A stretch of DNA of 64,000 nucleotides. Source: Chthoniobacter sp. GTDB taxonomy: Bacteria > Verrucomicrobiota > Verrucomicrobiia > Chthoniobacterales > Chthoniobacteraceae. The notes below the pieces were generated by a model. It worked only from the letters and a program-made list of their open reading frames with translations, did not search any database and was not told where the DNA came from. This document shows positions 44,301 through 53,300 of this stretch, piece by piece; positions within the stretch are counted from its first letter, which is position 1; each line of letters opens with the position of its first letter. The position numbers were made by a program, and so were the translations under genes. The DNA is taken from positions 28,191-92,190 of the forward strand of contig DASYAY010000093.1 of the NCBI GenBank assembly GCA_036501065.1, written 5' to 3'.

Positions 44301-47300
44301 CACCAAAGCATTGCCCGTCGTCGCGACCCCGACAATCAGGCCGTTGGTCGCTCCCGACGGCAATTGCAGGGTGCCGCCGTTGATCGTAGTCTGGCCGGTG
44401 AAGGGTTCCGAATTGGTCAGGACGACGGTGTTGCCGGAATCGATATTGATGCCACTGGTAGTCAGCAACGTGCTGGAAAGGGTCGTGGTGCCGGTAGTGC
44501 TCGGCGCGTAAAAATAGAGTGCGCCGGCGCCGCCTGAACTGATGAGTCCGCCGCTGATGCCGGAACTTCCCGGTTGGATGAGCACGCCGCCGCTGGCGAC
44601 AATTATCTCCTGCGCGGGAGCAATCGTAATACCGCCTCCGCTGGCCACGTTCAACGAGTTGATCGTCGTCGAACCAGTCAACGTCTGCGCGCTACTGAGG
44701 ACGACGTTGTTCGAAACGAGCGGCGCTGTAAGACTCGACGAACCGAGGACGGCGGCGCTGGCATTGGCCAGCGAGGTCACGTACTCACTCGCGGACAACG
44801 GACGCCAGATCGCCCCGGGCGCACCGACAGTCCCCGCGCTGCTGTCCGACGTGGCAAAGGAAAAGCCCGTGCCCGTGATGCTCGTATCGACAATCGCCCA
44901 CGGCAAAATGCCTTTGGCATCGCTGCCCGTCAGGCCAACGGCGCCGACAAAAGTCGGACCGGTGTTAGTCAGGAAGACAGCCTCATTGATTCCACCGGGA
45001 CTGCCGAGATTGGTGCCGCGGATCAGGACTTGGGCGCCCGCGCCGACCGCCACGCTGTTGGCCACGATGGCCGTGGTGTTGCCGGTACCCGGAGTGATCG
45101 TGACGGTCGTCGCGCCACCGTTAAACGTCAGCGTATTGAAAGTCTCCTGGTCATTACCGAGCGCGCTGCCGGTGTAATTCAGATTGGCGCCCTGTAGAAC
45201 AATCACCCGTCCACTCCCCAGACGATTCGAGATCGGCGTGACGCTATTGTCGGTGACGCTCAGCGTTGCCCCGGGATAAACCGTGATCCCATCGGTATTG
45301 CCGTTGATCAAACCACCTCCGCTGAGACTTACCTTGCCGTTGTAGATATTGAAGATTGCGCCGCTTCCATTGTAGTTTCCGACGCTCGTTTCAAAATCCA
45401 CCGTTCCGCTGCCCGATTTGTCCAATGAGTAAAGGACGCCGACGGGATTGGTGACGAAATTGATCGTGCCGCCACCAGTCAGATAAAGGATATGCCCGAC
45501 GGTCGCCACACCGCCTTCGACGTTGAGCGTCGAGCCGCTGTCCGCCCCGATTCCAATATCCTGACTGTAGGCAATCAGCGCACCCGTCAGGGTATTGACG
45601 CCGGCCACGCTCTCGAGCGCGCCGCCCGCGTTGATACCGCCCGCATCGCCGGCATTGCTACTCGAGGTATTTAGGTTAATCGGACTGGTAACCGTGATAT
45701 TGCCGGAGAGCTGAATGGCAGCCCCGACAGAGCCGGAGATCGAAACGTTCGTGGTACTTCCCAGCGCACTGCTGTTCGTCAGTTCCAATACCCCATCCAG
45801 GACGGCGACTGTCCCGGACCACGCACCGTTATTCGCGGAGAGCACCAAGGTGCCGGCATCGACCTTGGTGAATCCCGCATTCGTCGGCCCGAACGGGCTA
45901 CTCAAATTCCAGGTGGTATTGACCCCCACACCGAGATTCGCCGCCGAAAGAATGTCGATCACACGATTGCTCGGGATCGTCGTCACCGGGGTGTTGTAAC
46001 TAGTCACCGGGCTGCCGCCGACAGCGCCGGCCGCAATGTTACCGACGGCGTCGATCGTGCCACCTTTGAGCGTGATCTGGTTGGTCGATGTCCCCAAAGC
46101 TCCGTCGCTCGTGAAAGCCAGGAAGCCGCCGTTGACGAAAATGTTCCCCGTCTGGGAGTTACTGCCATTGCTCAGGAGTAACTCACCTGCGCCGGTCAGG
46201 GTCCAGGACTGGCTGCCCATCACCTCGCCGCTCAGGATCAAACTTGCCGGCTGGTTGCTCAGGGTCGAACTATAGTTCGCACCCACCGAAATCACCGTAT
46301 ACGGCTGGCCGAAGACGTTCGACGTCCCCATGAATTCGACACCGTAACCGGTATTGGCGCCCGGAGTTATAGTTACCGTCGTCCCGGGATTGGGCACATT
46401 CAGGCTGCCGAACTGCACGTCCTGGTTCACCGCCGTCGTATAGAGCGTGGGCGACGTGCTGCTCAGGTTCGTGCCCAGGCCGAGACGGGTCACCGAAATG
46501 CTTGGCGCCGTGAAAGTCAAGGCGCTGCCACTGTTGATCGCCGCCGACGTGTTGGCGCTCAGAACGACGGTGCTTGCCGTGATGGAAACAATGCTCGCCC
46601 CGGCGGGAATGCTGCCGCTCCCCGTCGCCACCATGCCCACGGAAAGTCCCGCGGTGCTCGCAAAGGTCAAGGTGGAGTTTGCACCGCTTTGGGTCGTGCT
46701 CGTCGTATCGGCACTAATCCCACTTCCGGCGATGGTCACGTTGTTGCCCGGCGTGATCGCGCCGAAAGTCGAAGTGGTGTTACTGGGATCGAAAGCCAGC
46801 GCCAGCGTGCCGCCACTGATGGTGATGCCGCTGCTGCCGAGTGGGCCGGTGGCGCCATTGCCGCCCGTCACGCTCGAACTATTCGCCTGAAGCACGCCGG
46901 CATTGAGGAAAACCCCGCCAGCGATGCTATTGGCGATGGAACCGCCAAGCCCCGCGTTCACCGTCCCGCCCAGAACAGCGATGCCGGTTCCCGACTTGGT
47001 GAATCCGCCCGTCGTCGAAATTGTCGTGTTGAGGACGAAGCTCCCGGAGTTATCGAACTGTTGGACGATGAAATCCGTCGAACCGGAACTCAGGGTGCCC
47101 CCGATGATGGTCGACGTATTGCCAGCGACGGTAGGCGTCACGAGGATACCGCCGGAGGTGATCGTGTTCGTGCCGGAGAGGGTGATGCTATCGGACGCCG
47201 TGTTATTGAAACGCAGGCTGTTGGTCGTGGCGTTGGTCTGGGTATTGGTCGCGAATGTTACCGTGGTATCATTCCCCGAAGCCCAGAGGTCGCTGACGTA

Positions 47301-50300
47301 ACTGCCCAATGCGGTGATGGCGCCCGGCGCCGAGCCCGTCCCGGCGCTGACCGCCCAATTGGCGCCGCCACCGACCGTTGCCCAGGCGCCGAGAATGCTC
47401 GTCGTGCCGTTCGCGGTCATGGTCGTAATCGGATCGGTAACTGTAAAGTCCACCGTGCCTCCTGCGCCGGACAATGTAATCGCCCCCAAAGCGAGCGTGG
47501 ACGTGCTCACACCGGTATTACTCACGAAAGCCCCGCCCGGATTCAGCGTGGTTCCATTGAAGGTCGGCGTTTGCGACGCGGTCGCGCTGGTATACTTCAG
47601 CGTGCCTCCCGTCAGGGCCAGGCCGCTGCCCGAATTGATCGAGCCGCCCGTGCCAATGGTCAGCGTGCTCCCGGGATTGATCGTCGTCGTTCCGGTATAG
47701 GCATTGGCCCCCGTCAAGGTGATGGTGCCCGGGCCGTTCGCCGTCAGGCCGAGATTCGGGCCCGAGATTGCTCCGCCAATCGTCAGTGCGTTGGTCGGAC
47801 TGAGATTGGTGACTGTCGTCGAACCCGCCATGGTAATGGCTCCCGCACCGAGATTGAATGCGTTCGTGCCGAGAAACGCGAAGCTCCCGTTCCAGTGCTC
47901 GGCATAAGTATTTAACGTCAGGCTGCCTGTGCTCGCGTCGATCGCCGTTCCGCCCGCGATGTTGAAGACAGTGCCGGTTGCCCCCAGCGCAGCATTGTTT
48001 CCGATACCAAGCACACCCGCATTCAAATTCACGTTTTGGCTCGAACCGCCAAAGGTGTTGGCGCCGCCCAGGATCAATTCACCCGAACCGCTCTTCGTCA
48101 GGCTGAAGCCCGTCCCACTGATCACACCACCGATGGTCAGTGCGTCTCCGCTGACCCCGGCGAGGCCGAAGAGCACCGCATTCGTCGTCACGTTGCGGCT
48201 CGCGCTCAAAGTCACCCCACCCGGTCCGAGACTCAAGCCATCGGAACCGACAAAGGTAAAATCCGCGTTCCACTGTTGCGCATAAGTGTTCGTCGCCGCC
48301 ACCGCGCTCGTCGAAGTGTTATCGATCGCCACGCTGCCGCCAGTGCCGCTGATGATGAAGCCGGTGTTAGTGGCGCCCAGGGCTGCCGCCGCGTTGATGT
48401 TCAGCATTCCTTGGTTGAGGGTGATCGTCTTGCCCGTGCCGCCGAAGCCGTTATTCACGCCCAAGGTCAAGGTGCCCGAGCCGGCCTTGATAAGGTTGAA
48501 GGCCCCACCAATGGCCCCGCTTTCCACCAAAGGAGCGCCGTTCAAGGTCAGCGTGGAGTTGGCACTCATGGTGACCGCGCCGCTTCCCATGCTGAGAGTG
48601 TTGCTCCCGGTGAAGGTAAATCCGCCGCCCCAGGTTTGCACATTGTTCGTCACGATGACTTGCGGCTCGCCGCTGGTGTTATCAAGAGTCACCCCTCCCG
48701 CAAGATTCAGCGTGCCGGTGCCGATCGCCGAATTGGCCGTTCCCGGATTCGAACCGCCATTGTTGATGTTCAACTGCCCCTGGTTGATCGTCAGACCACC
48801 CGTGAAGCTATTGAAGCCACCGAGCGTCAGGGTGCCACCACCGTTGAATGTGATGCTCGACGACGCCCCGGAAATGATCCCGTTGATCGGGGTCCCGTTC
48901 TGAATGCTCAAGGTCGAACCCGTCGGCACCGTCCACGTCTGGCTGCCTTGCAAAACCAAAGGAGCGTTGATGACCGTCGTAGTGCCCGAGTTATTGACGG
49001 TAATACCCGCGCCGCCCATCAGGGTGAGTGTCCCGTTCACCGCACCAGTGGTGCCTTGATTGACGGTCAACGTGCCCGTGGTCGCATTGTTGGCCAGCCC
49101 GGCAACCATGAAATTCTGATCGATCGTGGTCGTCACCCCGCTGTTGAAATTGACCGTATCTCCCGCGCCCGGCGTGATCCCGGCATCGGAACTGCCACCG
49201 GGGTCGAGCGACCAGTTGGTCCCGACGCCCCCCGAGACGTTGGCGTACCAGCTCGAGTTCGTCTGCGCGCCGCTCCAGTAGAAGTTTCCCACCGGCGCCG
49301 CGGTGACGGTGAGTGTGACAGTCGTCGCGCTCGTCGTGAGCGTCTCCAGATAACCGGTCGGAACGCTCAGCGCGGTGGCCGGTGTCAACGAGATCGTCCC
49401 CCCACTGGAAGTATCGATACCGCCCGCGGCGTTGATCAGGGTATAAGTGCCGGCGCTGTAACCCGGCAGATTGGTCAAGGCAATGAGGGCACCACCGGCG
49501 CCGACGGTGACACTGCCGCCCGCACCCAAATTCTGCGAGAGCACTAATTCGTCATTATCGCCGGCCGCACCGACATACAGGCCCAGGCGGCCAATGGAGC
49601 TGCTGCCGCCCAACGTGAGCGTCGCGCCCGGAGCCAGGGTGATCGTGGCGCCGTTGGCTGCGGCGTAAAAATCGAGCTGTGAGGTGACACTCGTGCCCAC
49701 CGCGATGGACTGAGTGCCGGCCAGGGCGCTGGGAACAACGCTCAACGCACCGCCTCCGTTGACGATCGTCGCCCCGGTATAAGTGTTCGCGCCGAGCAGC
49801 ACCAGCGACCCGTAACTGGCCGACTGCGTTACTGAACCACTCCCGCTGATGTTACCCTCATAATAGTAACCCAAGGCATCGGGGCGGTTGAAAATAAGCG
49901 CACCATTGTCGGTAATGCCGCCGGTTGCCGTCAGACTTCCCGCGGCCCCGCCAAAGCCAATCTGCAACGTGCTGCCCGCGGAGATGGTGGTCCCACCCGT
50001 GTAATTGTCATTGCCCAGGAGATAGACCGTCCCCGTGCCCGACGTCGTCAACCCATATCCGGCCAGGTTATCGATGATGTTACCGCTCAAAAAGATTGCG
50101 CTATTCGTGCCGATCGAAGCGTTGCTCGCCAGGGTTACTGCCCCGGTGAAATACGCGGCGTAAGGGGAGCTATCTTGCAGCGCGCCGTTTCCACTCACAC
50201 CGGTGCCATTGAGAACCAGCGCATTGACCACCGCGTTCGTCGTCCCGGAGGCGTTGGCCAGGGCCGGAATGACATCGTCAAACGTCGCGCCGCTCCCGAC

Positions 50301-53300
50301 AATGATCGTGCCATTTCCCACCGTGCCCGGGGCGGTTCCCGCCCGCAGAGTGCCGGCATTCACGTCGATGTTGCCGGTGAAACTGCCGTTCGGATTATTG
50401 ATGAAGACCAAGCCGGCGGCGGTGGTGGTGCTGCCGCCGATGGTCAGATTGCCCGTGCCAGTCAACCCGTTGTTATCCGTGTTATAAGGATTGGTATATT
50501 GCAAGGACAGCGCACTGCTGCCCACGTCGAGCGTTCCGCCCGGTTGATTGACTGTATAAGTGAGGAAGTTTGTCGCCAGACCCGCCGTGCCCGTCAATTG
50601 CAGCGTGCCGCCGTTGAAGAAAATGGTTCTCGTCGCATTATTCGAACCGAGGGTCAGCGGCCCGAAGTAGTTCGTGCCGCCAATGCCCGTGCCGGCGATG
50701 GAGAGAGTCGCCGAGCCATCCAGGTTGATGCTACCGGTAAAAGCGCTGTTGTTGTTGGTGTAATAAGTCGGGTTGGCCAGGGTCACGACGCCACTGCCAG
50801 TGATCGTAATGCCGCCCGTCGTCCCGTTGGTCAGCGGCGTGGTGATGGTCAGGCCATCGGTGCTCAGCGGAACGTCGAAGATAAGATCGCCCGTACCGCC
50901 GCTGCTCAACCCGCCAATGCCTGTAATCGTAATGTTATTACTCCCAGTCGCGATGATTCCACCGCGGGCATTGCTTCCCCCGACCGTCATGGTCCCGCCG
51001 AGGACCAGCGAAGTCGCCCCATTCATTTTCAGCGTCGTGACCGTCGGACCCGCTGCCTGGTCGACCGTCCCTCCACTGCCGCTCGTGCTCAGAATTTCGT
51101 TGTTGCTCGAACCCGTCAGCGTGGAAAAGCCACCGGCGGGATTGGCCGCCACCGGATTCGAGAAACCGCTGTCCGTGCCGTAGACCGGAGCGCGCAGATA
51201 ACTGTTGGCCGCATTGGCGTAGGCGAAGTCGGTCCCACCGGCGATCCCGACGAAAGCGCCGGCGTTAACCAAGCCGGCCGAGATCGTCGTGAAGCTGATC
51301 TGGTTGGTCGTGCCGATCGCGCCGCCGCTGTAGAGGAAATCCGCCGTCGCGCCGTTGCTAAAGGCACCCAGCGAGGCAAATTTCACCACGTCATTTCCGC
51401 TTCCGCCGTAGACGGAGGTGACAGTTCCCAAGCCACCCGTGAAGGTCAGCGTGCCCAGCGTCGGGCCGCCCCCGGCGGCGGCTCCATCGACCACGAAGCC
51501 GCCGCCACCGGTATTAGCGGAGCCGAACGTCAGCGGATTGGCCGCCATCGTGCCAGTTTGGCCAAGGACGATGCTCCCGCCATTGATCGTGATCGCTCCC
51601 GTGAAGGTATTCGCGCCGGTCAGCGTCAGCGTGCCCATCCCGTTTTTCGTCAGCGTCCCAGTGGTGGTCGTGATCGCTCCGACATTCAAGTTACCCGTGC
51701 CGCCCACCGTGAAGTTGAAGGTGCCCGTGAGGCTGGCCAGGGTCGTGGTCGCCGTAACCGGGTCGGACGCGGAGAATGGATTGGCGGCGAAAAAGCTGTT
51801 GTTGGTATTGATCGTTCCCGCCCCCGTGAGCGTAGCCGCGCCAAAGGTAATCCCCGCCGTGGTGCTGGCCGTCACCTGTTCACCCGCCGTCACCGTCAGC
51901 GCGAATGCGCCGAGCGAGAGCGTGCCCAGGGTATCCGTCGTGCCCGCACCGAACGACGTGTTATCCGCCTGGATGGTCATGTTACCACCGACCGTCGTGT
52001 TATTGCCGTAAGGCAAACCACCGGTCAGTTGCAGAGTGCCGCCGTTGAGCGCCAGCGATCCGATCCCAAGGGCCTCCTGACTTGTCGTCGCCCGGAGCAC
52101 ACCCGAGGTCAGAGTCGTCGTTCCGTTTTGCTCGTTGATGCCGGAAAGAATGACCACACCGGAGCCAGTTCCGGCCACGGTAACCGCCGTGCCGATCACC
52201 GCAAAGGACCCTGTAACATTGATGTTTCCGACCGAGTTGGCGTCCAGCGCCATCGTGAATGCTCCGTTAATCGGCCCACCCAACGTCAAAGTCCCCGCGC
52301 CGGTGTTGGCAAAGGTCCCCGTGCTCGCACTCAAGGTAACATTGCCGGCCGTCACCGCGCCCGGCCCCGCATCGGTCAGCGTGACGTTCCCAATGGCCAC
52401 ATCCCCCAGATTCAATACCCCTCCGCCGTAACTGTTGTTCGCGACCGTCGCGCTTCCGCTCACGTTGAATTGGTTGGTGAACGTGATCTGCGTTCCGCTG
52501 TTGATCGCCGCGAAGGTGTTCACATTCAAAACCGCGGTGGTCGCAGTGAGCGAGACGATCGTCGCGCCGGCAGGGATATTCGGATGGGCCGTCACCGCCA
52601 TCCCCACTGCCAGACCCGTCGTGCTCGTGAAGGTCAGCGTCGTATTCGCCGCGCTCTGCGTCGTGCTCGTCGTGTCGGTGCTGCTCGCGGTGGAAAATGC
52701 CAGGGTGCCATTGCCGTTCGCGATGATCGTGTTTGCTCCCGTCAGCGTATTCCCCAACGTGAGAACGGTATTGCCCCCCCCCGTCGGATTGACCGTGGTA
52801 AACGTGGCGTTCCCATTGAGCGTCGTCGTGCCGAAAGTCACCCCAGCCGTCCCGCTCGTCACGTTACTCCCACCGGTCACCATCAGGGTCTGCGTTCCCC
52901 CGGGGAACGCCGGCGCGCCCATCGCCAGGGTGCCAAAGGTGTAAGTGCTCCCGGCCCCGGATCCTCCGGAAGTCACGTCGCTCGTGATCATCGAGGTAGC
53001 CGTCACCGTCGTGGCATTGTTCAGGGTCACCGTGCTGCCGGGCGCGGAAGCCAACTGAAGGACGCCCCCGTTGAGCACCAACGGTCCCGTGCCGAGCACC
53101 GTGCTCGTGCCCGATGCTGCCGTCGCCCGCAAAATGCCGGAATTGATCGTCGTCGTGCCGGTGTAAGTATTGGAAGCGCTCGGCGAAAGCTCAACCACAC
53201 CGCTTCCGGAACTCTCCACGAACAAACTGCCGGAACCGCTTAGGACCCCGGAAAGTGTGATGCCACCAGTCGAAGTGCTGTCCAACGCCAGGGCGAATCC

